A stretch of DNA of 64,000 bases from Rhizodiscina lignyota (Eukaryota), in assembly GCA_010015805.1 (NCBI GenBank), contig ML978121.1:3472001-3536000 (forward strand), in the 5' to 3' direction. This document shows, in pieces, positions 37,032 through 50,766 of the stretch (the stretch's first letter is position 1; each line of letters begins with the position of its first letter). Made by a program: the position numbers and the translations under genes. Under the pieces are notes generated by a model, which did no database searches, had not been told where the DNA came from, and saw nothing but the letters and a program-made list of their open reading frames with translations.

Positions 37032-39379
37032 ATGTCGTTGTTCGGAGAGGATGACGACTTCACACCCTCGCGTTCACGCGCCAATAAATCTTCCGGCCTC
37101 TTCGAAGAGGAAACAGCGAACCCCTCGTCAAACTCCCTCTTTGCGGACGATGATACAACCGCTGCAGCTGGCGATTCTCCATGGGCGTTTCCGACCCCGA
37201 AGAAAGCTGCGCGCGGAAATCTGGTGAAGAATCTGTTGCAGGGAGCAGAGGTACCGGACGGCTATGTCGATACATTCGACCAGCTCATGGAGTCGGGAAA
37301 TGCAGTCGATGGTGGTATCAGCATTGAGGGCGTCAGGACACTTATGTCGGAGGCTGGTGTGAATGCTTCGGCTAGGGAACAAATATTAAGTCTCGTAGGG
37401 TTGAAAGATGACCAGTCGAAGAGTCTAGGAAGAGGAGAATTCAACGTACTTATGGCGCTCATTGGACTCGCCCAAGAAGGGGAAGACGTCACACTAGACG
37501 GTGTTGACGAGAGGAGGAGAAATCTTCCGCGTCTAAATTTGGGCAACTTCACCTCAAACATTGCAAAGCAATCGAACGAGCCTCCAAACAGCGAGCAGCC
37601 AACCCAAACAGCAGAAACCCCGCAGAAAGTGTCCCAGCCGCCTTCGCAGTCGTCGATATCGCCATCGAAAACAAGAACAGTGAGGAAGACGTCATATGGT
37701 CTTGAATCCGACCCATGGGCTAGCCCGGAAATGCACAAGAACCATAACCACACCCCTTCCGCCGGGTTGCAGACAAATGGGGCGTCGAGCAATGGGGTTA
37801 GCAGCATGCCCGCGAGGACGACGAGCACGTTCACAACGAGCGCATCAGATCAGCCGGAGCGAGACACAACTGGAGGGATGAACTCGAATACAACTGATAC
37901 TGGTGGCTGGGGGAGTTTCAATCCCGCGCCGACTGAGCAGTTCCGCGATTCTGGACTTGGTGGTGAAGGTTTTGGTATTCCCCCGAGTGGGGATGATGAC
38001 AACAATGGGCCTGGTGGGATGAGCCAATCCATGAGTGCGAGTCGAGTTGTCAATAATGGAGTGGAGGAAGTGATCACGGTATCGGCGATACAAGAAAAGG
38101 AGGGCATGTTCATGTTTCAGCATCGTAACTACGAGGTTACGAGTACGAGGAGGAACAGCAAGGTCATCCGGCGATACAGTGACTTTGTGTGGTTGTTAGA
38201 TTGCTTGCACAAGAGGTACCCGTTTAGGCAATTACCACTGCTACCGCCGAAGAGAGTTGCAAGTAAGTTTCCTTTTTCATCCCTTTAAGTGAGGATATAG
38301 CAAAAGCTGATGATTTGAAGTCAACGGAAACCACATTGCAGCAGACAACACTTTCATAGAAAAGCGAAGGAGGGGCCTAGCAAGATTCGCCAATGCGTTG
38401 GTCAGGCATCCTGTGCTCAGTCAGGAACAGCTCGTCATCATGTTTTTGACAGTGCCAACGGTAAATGTTTCTGGTCCTTCCTCTCGTCGAACGCCTCTTA
38501 TGATGCTAACTATAGTCCTAGGAACTTGCCGTGTGGAGAAAGCAGGCGACGATTTCCGTCCAAGAGGAGTTCGCTGGCCGATCTCTTCCCCCTGGACTGG
38601 AAGATTCGCTACCGTCTGACTTGCAAGACATGTTTGACACCGTTCGATCGGGCGTCAGGCGCTCTACAGAGTTGTATATCAATCTCTGCAACATCCTTGA
38701 GCGCCTTGGCAAACGCAATGAAGGTATCGCGCTGGAGTATGCACGCTTTTCATCCTCGTTGCAGTCCCTCACCGAAGCGTCTGCCGACACGTATGCTGCT
38801 GACGTGAACGATGTTCCACTTCTAAATGACGGAATGATTGCGACAGCAAAGCATCTGAGCCAGAGTCAAGCATTGCTGGAGGACGAGGCCAAGGCATGGG
38901 ACGAAGGCGTGCTGGAAGATCTGAAGAGGCAGCGGGATTGCCTTGTCAGCGTGAGGGATATGTTTGATCGAAGAGACAGATATGACAGGGACAATATCCC
39001 ACAACTGGAGAAGAGAATCGAGGCAAACGAACGGAAATTGTCGGGCATTAGAGGGCGCCCAGAAGGAACTGTAAAACCCGGCGAGGCGGAGAAGGTGGAG
39101 GAAGCTATTTTCAAGGTACGTTCTATATGGATCCAATATAGTCCTTAACAGGTCGCTAACTCGCCATAGGACAAACAATCTATCGTGTCGCAGCACGCGC
39201 GATCGGTCTTTGTGAAGGAATGCATCCGCGACGAGATTCTCTTCTTCCAAGGCAGCCAGTACCACGTCAGCCGCTTGCATCAGGACTGGAGTCAGGAGAG
39301 AGTCAAGTATGCGGAAATGCAGGCAGATAACTGGCGGCAGTTGAGTGAAGAAGTCGAGGGGATGCCGCTCGGGGATTGA
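37032..39379 (+). CDS. mvp1: Sorting nexin Mvp1 (PX + BAR)
   Basis: PX domain KEGMFMFQHRNY...VIRRYSDFVWLLDCLHKRYPFRQLPLLPPKR, FIEKRRRGLARF, then a helical BAR region. Three introns. Confidence 0.93.
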
Positions 39380-39937
39380 CGGTCCTTCTGGCGATGGCTC
39401 TTCTTTTCAACTTGATGTCTCATTCACGGCGCACAAACGGACTGTTCCTTTGGCTGGCGCCTGAGGAGCCATTGGCCAAGTTTACTAGGCTGAACGGTTT
39501 CAGGGACGAGGCTGTGGAGGTGGAGGTGCCTTCACTACTGTGGGGTTTGCCGGCCGTTGGAGGTGTTCCATATGTAGTATATCTGTTAGCGGGCTGTGGT
39601 TTCTTGAGCGCAATCAATGCAATAGTTCATTTCAGAACATGAGACGTCTCGTCCTTATTTGTTGCTTTTAATTAATGAGTGAATTGTTATCGACCTGACC
39701 TCGATGGCCTTTCTCCAACGCTTGTTCTGCTGCCTTCCTTCTTCGTCGGCGTCTGCCCCACGCCAGTCACCAAACGAGGTCCCGCCGCCTAACTCTGACC
39801 ACGAGCTCCATTCAAGAACATCATTCACACACCCTCAAGACACTTGCCGAGTCCCCCAACAAAATCGTCTGTCTTCACCCTGTAAACCCATCTTTAGTGT
39901 TCATAATTCGACTGAAACGCAAGATCCCATCGGCGCA

Positions 39938-41026
39938 ATGCCGCCTTACACCACGTCGCAGAGGGCGGCAATACAAGAGTTCGTAAATTTCACCAAGGCC
40001 GATAAGAGCACTGCTGCAAAGGTAAATAGCATGTCTAGTGAATGGACTGCTGACTTAAGCGCCCATACGGGCCTCCTTGCGTAACTTGGCTAACACACAT
40101 ATTCTTCTATATAGTTTTGCAAAGCTAACGACTGGAACTCGCAATCCGCAATCAATGCCTACTTCAACGAAGCTCCAAACATGGCAGGAAGCGGAGCGAG
40201 AACCGATCTGGGCAAGCTGTTCGACAAGTACCGAGGTTTGTAATACCTTAAATCTAATAGAGACCTCGTCGATGGTGGAGCGATTCCTAAAAAGTCGAGT
40301 GTATAGACAACCCCAAAGAGAGCCCGAACAGCATAGGCATGGAGGGCACACAGCGATACTGCCAGGATATTGGAGTGTCAGTTGAGGATGTGTCGTTCTT
40401 CATATTATCGGAGATCGTGCAGAGCACGTCCATGGGCGAGATCGAGCGCGATGGGTTCGTCGATGGATGGGGACTTCTGAAGTAGGCGATATTTCTCATA
40501 AACACTTCTGGAAGATGCATGCTGGTTACCGTTACTCAGATGATACAACAGCGCACCAACAACGGACCGCCAGAGCACCGCCATCAAGGTGCGCACCTCG
40601 GAAATCTCCACTCCCAGCTCGCGCGACATCCTCAAGCGCGTCTATCGTCACACCTTCAAGCTCTTCCTCCAGCCACCCGCGCGCTCCCTTGACATCGAAA
40701 CCGCCATCGCCCTCTGGACCGTCCTCTTCTCCCCGCAAGCCCTGCACTGGCAGTCCCCCGCGAACGCGGAGACTGGTGCCCCCGAGACAGACTGGTTCGA
40801 GCTGTGGACCGAGTTTCTGCGCACAAAGAGCAAGCGCCCGGTGAACAAGGACGTCTGGGACCAGACTCTGGTCTTCGCGGAGAAGGTGCTGGAAGAAGGT
40901 GGCGTTGGCTTCTGGAGCGAGGATGGCGCGTGGCCGGGCGTGGTTGATGAGTTTGTCGAGTGGGTGAAGCAGGAGAAGCCCTATCTGGACCCGGAGAAGA
41001 ACACCGATGAGATGGAAGTAGAGTGA
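39938..41026 (+). CDS. dcn1: Defective in cullin neddylation protein 1 (UBA-like + PONY domain)
   Basis: MPPYTTSQRAAIQEFVNFT (UBA-like), LGKLFDKYR, VYRHTFKL, RSLDIETAIALW, KDVWDQ, EDGAWPGVVDEFVEW. Multiple introns. Confidence 0.9.
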
Positions 41027-42342
41027 AGGCTAGCATCACGAGCACACATTCGCACCGTCATGAGTGGCAAGAGCAATTTGAAGATATCCCCCCAGTTTTC
41101 AGGGCGGACTTATGAGCGACAGGACGCATGGACACGCATGAAGCACGAAGCATTAAGCATTCAGAGGCGATTACATTGAGCGAACTCTTCCCAAAGCAAT
41201 GGGTTTCCAGCAGTCCGTTTGCGTTGTACGAAAGGGGGCAAAGACCTCCAAGACTAGCAGTATCGAAACAAGTCCCACCATTGTTCAATTCTTTTCCAGG
41301 TGTCTCTGTATCTTGGAATTTGCTCCGCCGCTTTTTCGTATCTGTTCCACCGATTGCGTGCTTTTCTGACTTCTTGACAATCAAATTTTGGGTGTGCGGC
41401 AAGGCTCGGCGTGTTCAGGAGCTTCCGTACATGGTCCAACATGCATATATTGAACTAGGTAACCGGTCACAGCAGAGAGGGCTTTGTCCCAGGCAGAGCA
41501 TATGAGTCTCTAACTCCTTTTGCGGTCACCCTCGAAGGTCGATAACGCCCACTCAAACTCACAGTGGGATTACACATCGGAACATGCACGTCGAAGGAGT
41601 TCTGACAACAGCTTTATTTATTGCCCTGTTTGATCGGCAAGCTTAGTATTGCTTAACTCTCAGCACCTTATCATATAGGAGTAGAACATAAGATTATGAT
41701 CCAACAAAGCTGGATCCATGCAGCAAGGCGCATATTGAATATATGACTCGAAACAAAGATCTGTCTTCTATCTCTTCCAGCTTTAACGTAGTTACTCCTA
41801 TGTATGTAAATTAGGGACGAACTCTCAGTCGAATGCTCGCATTCGAAGGTGACGAGCTTCCATGGCATTTCGTGACTTCGTCAAGATTACCTATCACGGC
41901 AATGGAGACGTCTGACTACTGCCCGGTAATTGGTCCACGGAACGGCAATACCGTTGACTTCAACCTAGCCAACGGCTTCCTCGCAAAATCCAAGCAAATC
42001 TACCATGAAATTAAAAAAATCATTTGCCAAGAAAAGTCCATTTCCCTTTTCAAGCGAGGAGCGCTTCTCGGTAAGCCCAAAATAGCGTAAGGGTCCGGGA
42101 GATCGTCCGAGGTCTTAAAATTTAGCTTATCGCCGCTATGCCCCTTGCATAGAGGATCAGGGGCTTCATCTAAAAAGCCGTCCTAAAACCCATGTGCGCA
42201 AACGCCAAGCAGCCGAAGCTGAACTGGGCTGAAGAAGGGCTGAGGCCTAGACAAGACAAGATCGTGCGAAAGGTAAGGGCCGAGGGGCAGTGATAAGCTC
42301 GTCGCTTCCCACGAGCGCTGCGATGGATCACCTCCTGACACC

Positions 42343-43533
42343 ATGATGGTCCGAGACAGACGGCCAGCTTTCATCGGCTTCTGCGCTGTTGCAGCGCTGT
42401 TACTTCTTGCAGCGTTATATCACGTCTCTGGAGCCCATTCAGTGAAACCATGGGCATTCAGACACCCTGGGCAGTCGCATGGGGAATATACGGCGCTGAA
42501 GCAGGGTTCAGACTACAACGACGATGATTCGGAAGTACAGTCCTCTCAGTTGCAGTCCACTCTCGAAGGAGATTCGGATGAGAGCGAGGGACATACCGGC
42601 AAATGGGCATACGTCACGTTTCTGGCGTGTAAAGAGGACGATAAACCCGAGGACCCTTATTTCACGGCGGCGCGGACGCTAACATATCAACTGCTCCACC
42701 ATCCAAAGACGAAAACGAACCGCAACATTCCCTTGGTCATTCTCGTTCCTTCTTATCTCGGCCGCAGGAAACTCGACATTCTCACAGATGAGGGCGCAAC
42801 GATCGTCGAGATCGATCCGATGGAGCTCCCAGATGACTGGCAGCCGGAGTCGGGGCTCAGAGCAAGCGTAGAGTTTTCGAAGCTGCGCATGTGGGAAATG
42901 AAGCAGTACGACCGCATCTTGTATATCGACAGCGCTACCTTGGTCACTCGCTGCCTCGACGATATATGGGACGCAGACTTTGTTAGCGCAGACATGCGCA
43001 CCCTAGGCAAGATTGAAGCCTCGGGCGGAGATAAAGAGGACCTACCTAGCAAATACTTCATGATGGGCGTGAGCGACACTGGCGATTCGAAGCATCCTTT
43101 CCCTCCGAAGGAAACGACATGGATGGGCGATGGATTCTTCATGCTGAAGCCGAACAGGAGGCTCTTCTGGTATTATGAGAGTCTGCTCAAGAACCCTGGA
43201 AAGTTCGACATGAACCGGTACCTCGCCGGCTTGCTTAATTATGCCCATAGACCCGACGGTCCTCAGCCGTGGAAGAGCTTCAAGCCAGGGAAGTGGAGTG
43301 TGAACTATCCGGGCCCGCAGGATTTGGAGGGCCAGGTCGCTACGATGCATACCAAGTTCTGGGAGAAGGCCAATAGAGAGTGGTTGAGCGAACAACTTGT
43401 TGAAAAGTGGTGGAGAATCCAGGGACAGATGGAAGGGTGAGGTTACCTCCCCCTGCTAAACGATTTGGAATTGCTAACTTTTACCAGGTTCTGGCTTCGA
43501 AGAGGTTATGGAGCGCCGAAGACGTTTGACTAG
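42343..43533 (+). CDS. Glycosyltransferase family 8-like type II membrane protein
   Basis: N-terminal TM anchor, AYVTFL, YFTAARTLTYQLLH, SKLRMWEMKQYDRILYID, ATMHTKFW. Intron 43437-43487. Confidence 0.85.
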
Positions 43534-43686
43534 ACTTGTACCCATATTCTAATAGACAAATTCAGCGTTGTACTCTAATGGAAGGTTATACCCCCGGAGA
43601 GGTCTTCATATGTCGGGGACTAAAGATAGCTAAAACGAATACAATAGAAATTTGAGCACAACCGTCATCAAGACGCACCTGCAGCT

Positions 43687-45657
43687 TTATAATATGGTCA
43701 ACTCTTTCGTCTTCATCTGTTTCAAGAGTGCATTCGCTTCTTCACCCCAGTGCTCCAAGATACCGACACGCTCAAAGCAACCTGCTCGGTCCGGAATTGA
43801 TTCCAGTATTAGACAGCCAGTGCCAATGTTCATCGCATGTATGTGGTCACTGCTATGCTTCCCCTCGAAGGCGGACTCATCGTCAGGATACCAAAACCAG
43901 ATAGACTTGCCATTGGAAATCAGATGCTGGCTCTTGCGATACATGTCGGGCTGCAAATATGAAAATGTCGATTTAACCCGCCTGTCGAGACGCCAGTACT
44001 CGACATCAATCGCTGGTGCCTTGATCGTTAAGAACCCTTCCGTCGTTTTGGAGAACGGGTCAGGTCCGTCCAGCTTGACGCCGGCGTCGAGAAGTTGCAA
44101 GTCGATATCTTTGTATTTGGTGTTCCTATTGTCATTATCGGCCATAAACTGCACTTCAGTATCCACCGAAGCCCAAGAGAAGGACGGAGCGCCATTCCCA
44201 GCTGGCCTTCTCGCCGATGTTTTTGGGAACCATGATAATTGCCGCCACAGGTTTAATTCCCAGATGCCACCAATGTAGCGGCATTTCAAGATTTCAGAAA
44301 ACTTTCGCGCAACGCCAGCGAAGGCTGGCAACCTATCGCCTTCCCGTGTCAACTTTTTCGCGTTGTATGCTTGGACTTGCTCTGTCCAGCTATCCCACGG
44401 TGAGACTGGCTCTCCATCTCCCTCCCATCTCTGCAACGTACTCATGAAACGGACCTTGCTCGAATTCTTCCAATATCCGCGATTGGCCAGACCGTAGTCG
44501 TAGCAACACCATGCATCGGTGTAGCATGTCCAGAGAAGCTCAGATTTGCCAAAGTGCAGATTTCGTCGGGGAAGAAGGAATTCTTGGTACGTCCAGGCTC
44601 GATTATAAAGTGGGAGTGCACTCTCGTCGCCGAAGTGGTAAAAGCCAGGATATTCTCCTCCATAGGGGAGTTCACGGACGTAGATGTCACCTAGCTCTCT
44701 AGTGATGTCTTTATCGATTTGGAACGGCCCGGTGCCAGCGTGATGCTCGCCATAGAAGAGGCCGCCATTGGCGTTGGGAGCGGAGGATGCGTTGATGGAG
44801 AGGAAAGCGTTCCCGTACACGCTGGCCATGCGAGCTGCTTCCTTTTTCCAATCCTCGCCATCATCCTGGACAATGCACAGTGAGTCTATCCATACATATT
44901 CCACCTTGAGCTTTCGGGCAACAAGTAGGGTGTCCTGGAAAGTTTTCGGGAGAGCTGAAAAGGGAATGCGCCGCTTCCTCTCCTCCAGTGTGGCTTTCTC
45001 GGCCGTAAGAGGCTGCAAATCTCCCCAGCAGTGACTTAAAGTAATATAGCGTGCGATCTCTCCATTTGTCTCATATAAACAGGGGTCTTCGTCATGCTCG
45101 GGGTCGCCAACAGCGATGACTCTAGTTGGTAGAGGAGCCTCACTTGGTCCTTTGCAATGTATGTGATCATTTATGCACGTTTCAAGGAGCTTCGGAACGT
45201 GTTCGAGGCATTCTTGCGCGCCACCAGTCCGCAGACAAGAAAACTTCAGCGCCTTGATCGATTCCACGGTCTTTTCATGCCCTTAGCTGTCGGTTAGCGC
45301 TCTCAAGTCAAACTGACGTAGAATTGCCTCACTTGGCTTCTGATACCATCTAAAATGTCGCGTTGGAAGCCTTCGGTTCTTGTCCGTCGGCGAGAGTTGT
45401 ATATTCAGCGGATTCGTCGAGTAGAAGAGGTGTGCATCATCACACAATTCATCCTCAGCACACCAGCTCTTGTCCAGCTTCTGCAAGCCGTCAACGAGTA
45501 TCGAGCAGGAGTTGCATCCTTCAGATGCTGATGCTCTCCATTCAGAAAGACTTTCTGATCGCGGTGCATGTGGGCCGCGAGGTTCTGGGTTGTTTCGCTT
45601 GAGGTTGCCGCACACCATGCACACTTCAACCCCGTCGAACAATGTCTTGGGAGCCAT
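43687..45657 (-). CDS. HET-domain (heterokaryon incompatibility, PF06985-type) protein
   Basis: LPTRVIAV, YITLSHCWG, LPKTFQD, YVWIDSLCIVQDD, EAARMASVYGNA, RAWTYQE, DRLPAFAG, APSFSWAS. Cys-motif exon 1 is joined by an intron at about 45282-45332. Confidence 0.92.
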
Positions 45658-46354
45658 TTTACAAAACGATAATTAAGGGGCTCCAGACGGTATGAGTGAC
45701 CAATCTCTAAAGATGAATCTACATGATTTATCGATCAGAGACTACATCATACAAAATGGGCCACCAATGAGTAAAAGCCTGCTTGTAGAGGCAAAGACAA
45801 AAATATTCCTCAACAAGCATCCGATCTGCAGATGGTGGTATACTGGATCGTGTGCAAGGACGCGTTGGGGGCCAAATTTTCAAGTATCAAAGTTTGCCCT
45901 TCCAAATATGTTTTTACCCTGTTCCTAGACGATTTAGGAATTGGGATGATGTTGTACAGTTACGTGTGAACTCTGCTAGGACAAATGTGGCATAGCGCAA
46001 GACGACGCGTTATGTAGCTGCTCGGGCTACTCAAATAAAGATCCATTTCGTCTTCCGCAAAATCAACCTTCTCTCACCTCCTCTGCCATGTGCTGCCATT
46101 TTTAATATGTTGTTTGTTGAGAGGCAAGTCTCTAGCATAGGCTGTTTTCACAGATGGACGATGCGGACAAGTGAGTCACGAAATCGAGAACTTCAGCCGT
46201 ACGCGTCCACTGCAGGCGGCGAGGCTACGAATCATCCTCTCGTGCAGTAAAGCTAGACTTGATCCGGATCCTTGAGTGTTGTTGATGCCTTAACTGCCAG
46301 CCTCGTGTAGCTATCTCAAGTCTGGGCGAGCTTCGCGATTATCTTCTTTCATAT

Positions 46355-47897
46355 GTGGCTCTCCTTAATCACCTATGGCATTCACTAGAGCTAGCATTGA
46401 TATTCATTCTACTAACCCTTACCTTGGTATTATCCGTTCTCTGGTTACTGTCCGAAAGGATGTTCAAAGGGCTGAAACTACCGTGGACGACGTCGTCCGC
46501 GTCCACTTCAGCTTATCCGAGAACTAAGCAGTTTCTCGAAGAGAGCAACATACCGATTCCTCGAAAAGCTCCAGTTGCAGATGACTACGGGTCAAAGATT
46601 CCGGGCGATGAGGATAAGCAATTGCATTCAAAATTACATCAGAGGCCAAGGAGAAGAGCGCTTTATTTCATGCTCAGCCTGCCTGTGCCACACCAAGAAA
46701 TCAACAATGATGGCCACAATCCCGCAACAAACCTTATCGGAGAGAAAGGTTTCGAGTACCGCGCATCTCTTACTCGAGGTTTCAACCGCGCAAGTATTCG
46801 TCACCAGAGTCAATTTACCTGTCTTTGCTGTAGGATGTTAGTCGATGAGGCCATCACCGTTGAGACGGTAGACAGGACCCAAATAGTCCTTTGCCAGTCT
46901 TGCTACTTAGAGTTTGGGTTTTCTCATGAGCCTGAAATGCCGATGTACGAGCTTGGCTCCGCCGAAGACGCTGGGTAAGAGAATGTTTTATATTGGATAT
47001 GTCTTGACAAAGCTAATGGAAAGCTAGCAGATTCGGAGTAGGGCGTTATGATCTAGGAACCTTTGCGGGACCGCCAGCGAAGCGCACACAGACCTGCAGC
47101 ATCTGCAATGAAGATCTTCCGACTGAAGATTTTACTCTACCGACCTCAAAGTGTCTCCACGACCCAGAGTACTGCCGCGATTGCTTACGCCAGTCCATAT
47201 CTTCCGACCTAGAGAGCAAGGGATGGGATAAGATAAGATGTCCAGATACAAGGTGTAAGAGGGTCCTCGAAGATGCAGATATACTTAGGCTCGCGCCTGG
47301 TCAGATTTACGAGACGTAAGTTGTGGGAATTATTTGGCTCTCATGGAGTAGTATCATATTCAGTCCCCAGAGGTGCTTATTTTGCGGTAGATACTCCAAA
47401 TTATCGATCCTGGCAGCTCTTAGCACGATGGATGACTTCCGCAGCTGTCTCCGGCCGGGTTGTAACTCTGGTCAAATCCATTCGACGGGAGAAGACGGGC
47501 CAATCTTCACATGCCACGAATGCGGTTTCAAAGTCTGCACAATCCACAACATCGAATGGCATGATGGCGAAACCTGCAAAGAATACGACTACCGGACAGA
47601 CTCAAAATTGAAGAAGAAAGAAGAAAAGGCTACTGCGAAGACGCTCAACGATACAACGAAACCTTGTCCAAGTTGTAATGCTCCGATTGAGAAAAATGAA
47701 GGCTGCGACCACATGACATGTGCGTCTCTGTAACTCCTCGAATGGAGAATCAGTTGAAGCTGACTGTGATTTGCTATATAGGCCGGAAACGAGGCTGCGG
47801 ATTCGAGTTCTGCTGGCTTTGTCTCGCACCGTATGACCCTATCCGACGAATAGGGAACTCCAAACATAAACGATCTTGCAAGTACTACGACGATTGA
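46355..47897 (+). CDS. RBR (RING1-IBR-RING2) E3 ubiquitin ligase with an N-terminal hydrophobic segment; 5' end unresolved
   Basis: Spliced exons give RING1 (CSIC...CLH...CRDC...CPDTRC), IBR (CLRPGC...CHECGFKVC...H...WHDGETC) and RING2 (PCPSCNAPIEKNEGCDHMTC...CGFEFCWLC). Confidence 0.85.
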
Positions 47898-48885
47898 CAT
47901 GGCATTGGGCATAATTAAACGATGATCACCGGCCCGGATCAAAGCTGTCATTTCATACTTCCATCATCCAATGTGACTATTCTCCGAACCATCCGACGTT
48001 TGCACCTTGGGGGGCGTGGAGTTGACGAGATGATATGTAGTGTGTGCATCGGTAGTCGATATAAGGCCAAGGCGACGTCGATTAGATATAGCTCATAGTT
48101 GACACAAGTGGATGTCTTGCAATCTTTGCGAAAGCTCACCTCTACTCTAACTCATCGATACACTACAGTTCAAACGGAAGACATGCCTCTCTGGACTTAG
48201 TGGAATTATATAGCTAGGATACTTCTTACTTGCTCTAGAGAGAAAGAATCTAATGTCTCCGTTATAGCAAGGGATATATTATATCTACCACCGTGTGTAC
48301 CTTCAGCGCTATCGCTTTTGTACTTAATTTTATATTTCTGAGGTTTTTGCTGCGGAAGGAGAATTGATGCTGGCAGTAGGCGTCAACAACGTATGCACGC
48401 TTCAGCCATCCTCTCCCACCTCACTAATTTATCCAAGCTACTTCTTTAACACCTCCATATCACCTCCATATCTAGAAATGGTCTGAAAGAAAACCTCGAC
48501 GACGCAGCAATTACTCCAATGGTCTAATAATCCAACCCTGGACTCAGATAGCACAGACCACATTTGCATTGGCCGAATCAGGAATGCTGCTCATCGGCGT
48601 CTTACTTTCTGACACGCAAGGACAAGGAGACCGGCAAATCGTCTCAGATAGGCGAATAACATTTCCGGAGTCTCCGTGAAATAGATATATATGGTAATCT
48701 ATCTGCACTTGCGTACAGATCGTTCAGGTATCTCTGCGCTCCAATAAATCGAGTCCAACGCCATCGCCATGCCTTATATTATTACAGAGCCTCGAGATTC
48801 CCAAATCCGGCCTCCCCCTCAAAGACAATACCAGACCCAATGCTTTGATAATTTCTGAGAACGCTTCCGGCTTTAATAAAGACAC

Positions 48886-50766
48886 TCAATACCCTCCACC
48901 AGCAGCGAACTTGCTAATTCCTCTCAATCTCTCGCCATACTTCCACAGTAAGAACGGAGCGGGTAGTCCAATGGCAATAGCAACGAAACCAAGCAGGCTA
49001 TTACCCCATCCATAGTCGAGAGCATTATACATATACGGAGCAAAGAGAGGGAAGCCAAAGCCGGCCAAACTCCTCAACACCGTCGCAGCACCAACAGCGG
49101 AAGCCGCGTACCTCGTGTACGCATCAACAATATAGGTCTGAATACATTGGAAGCCCATGATTGTGCCAGCACAAAATATCGCAACGCCGATGTTCGGCAC
49201 GATCCAGTGGACGTGAGCTTGTGCGCTCCAGCCGTACCAGAACAGGCCGACCGGCACGAAGATAGCGCCTGGAAGCATGAGGGGAACACGGAATTCTGGA
49301 CGCCCGACGCCATTATTGCGTTTCTTAAGGCGACGATAGATAGCGTCGTTGATGGGAGCGCAGACCTGCACCCCGAGAAAGAAGCCAATGCCCATGGAAA
49401 TGTAGTTCAGCCCGCCGATGCCGACACCCTCGTGGTACACGTTCTCCCAGAGAGGAGGGAATGTCGAAAGGACAAGATACATGAGACCATAAATGTAGGC
49501 CATGTAAAGAGAGAGGACTTGCACAATAGGCTGTGTGCCGAGAAGACGGAAGGGCCGAACAAGACTAACTTTTAAGAGCGGTATGATGTCTGTACCGGCG
49601 GCTTCCCATTCCGTGTACAGAGACGAGTTGCCAGTCTCCTTGCGCAGACGATCTGCTTTCTCCCTAAGGAGTTTCGGCGCATATGTCTCGCGAAGAAAGA
49701 AAATGCCTGAGAGCTGAATCAAAATCGTGACGATAGAGGTAGACCAGAAGCACCAGCGCCAGGTTGTGTTTTCGGCGATAAATCCGCCAGCTATGGGACC
49801 GACGGCAGGGCCGAGGAGAGGTGCCAGACTGTAGATACTGATAGCTCGCCCTCGCTCTTCAGCTTTCCAGCAGTCACTAAGGATGCCGCCACCGATTGCA
49901 AGAGGCGCGCTGCCTCCAAGACCGGCCAAGAAACGAAACGCAATGAGCTGGCCTTTGTCCTGCGCGAAACCACAGCCCGTATTCCACGCAAAGTAGAACA
50001 GGTTCGAGAGCTGAAGGACCCTAGTGCGGCCATAGATCTCCGAAAGCGGCCCCAAAAAGAGAGGACCGATGGCGTAGGCAAGGACAAAGATGGAGAGGGT
50101 AAGCTGAGCCTCAATCTCGCTTGTGATCCCGAAATCGCGTGATATGACACCGAGAGCTGGCGCCACCATGCTACTGGACACGGGACTTATGAACGTAAAG
50201 CTTGAGACAACGAAGGTCGCTGCCCATTTCTGCTTGAAGGTCCAATTCTTTGGATTGAATGGATCGTCCGGTCCGTCCCAAGAGACCTGGAGGAATTAGC
50301 TAAGCTCTCCCCCAGAAACACCAAGACACAAGGTACGTACGAGGTTGGGATCTCTTGTTGTCGGTCTCTTCTCCAAAGGTTCGCCAGGTTCTATGTCCCT
50401 TTCGTTTGGGATGCCCATTCGGACTTCGTCTGATATTTCACTGCTTCTCCTTGACCTTCTTGACCTTCTTGACCTTCTTGACTCTTTCTTCTCCAAATCT
50501 TCATGCTCCGCCTTCTCAACGGCCTCGGGAGTTGATTCATCTGTACTTGTTGACTCTCCGACACTCTCGCTCCTGTCTAGCACTTCCTCCTCCTCTTGCT
50601 GGAGCCTGGCCTCCAACTCATGGTTGAATACGGACTGGTCATCCATAAAGTTTGCAGAATACAAGCGGTGAAGATCCACACTACCACGCCTACTTGGCCT
50701 TGACCGCGAACGAGTACGCGGAGTCGCTAGTGATCTCGTCCTCGAGATGCCGCGAGAGTCTGTCAT
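48886..50766 (-). CDS. MFS multidrug transporter (DHA1 family)
   Basis: VSWDGPDDPFNPKNW, GPLFLGPLSEIYGR, RFLAGLGGSAPLAIGGG, LLGPAVGPIAGGF, ETYAP, PEFRVP. Intron 50287-50340. Confidence 0.95.

Noticed and set aside
50450..50483. 9-bp tandem repeat (CTTGACCTT)n
   Set aside because: Encodes a short (SRR)n stretch in the disordered MFS N-terminus; ordinary slippage.
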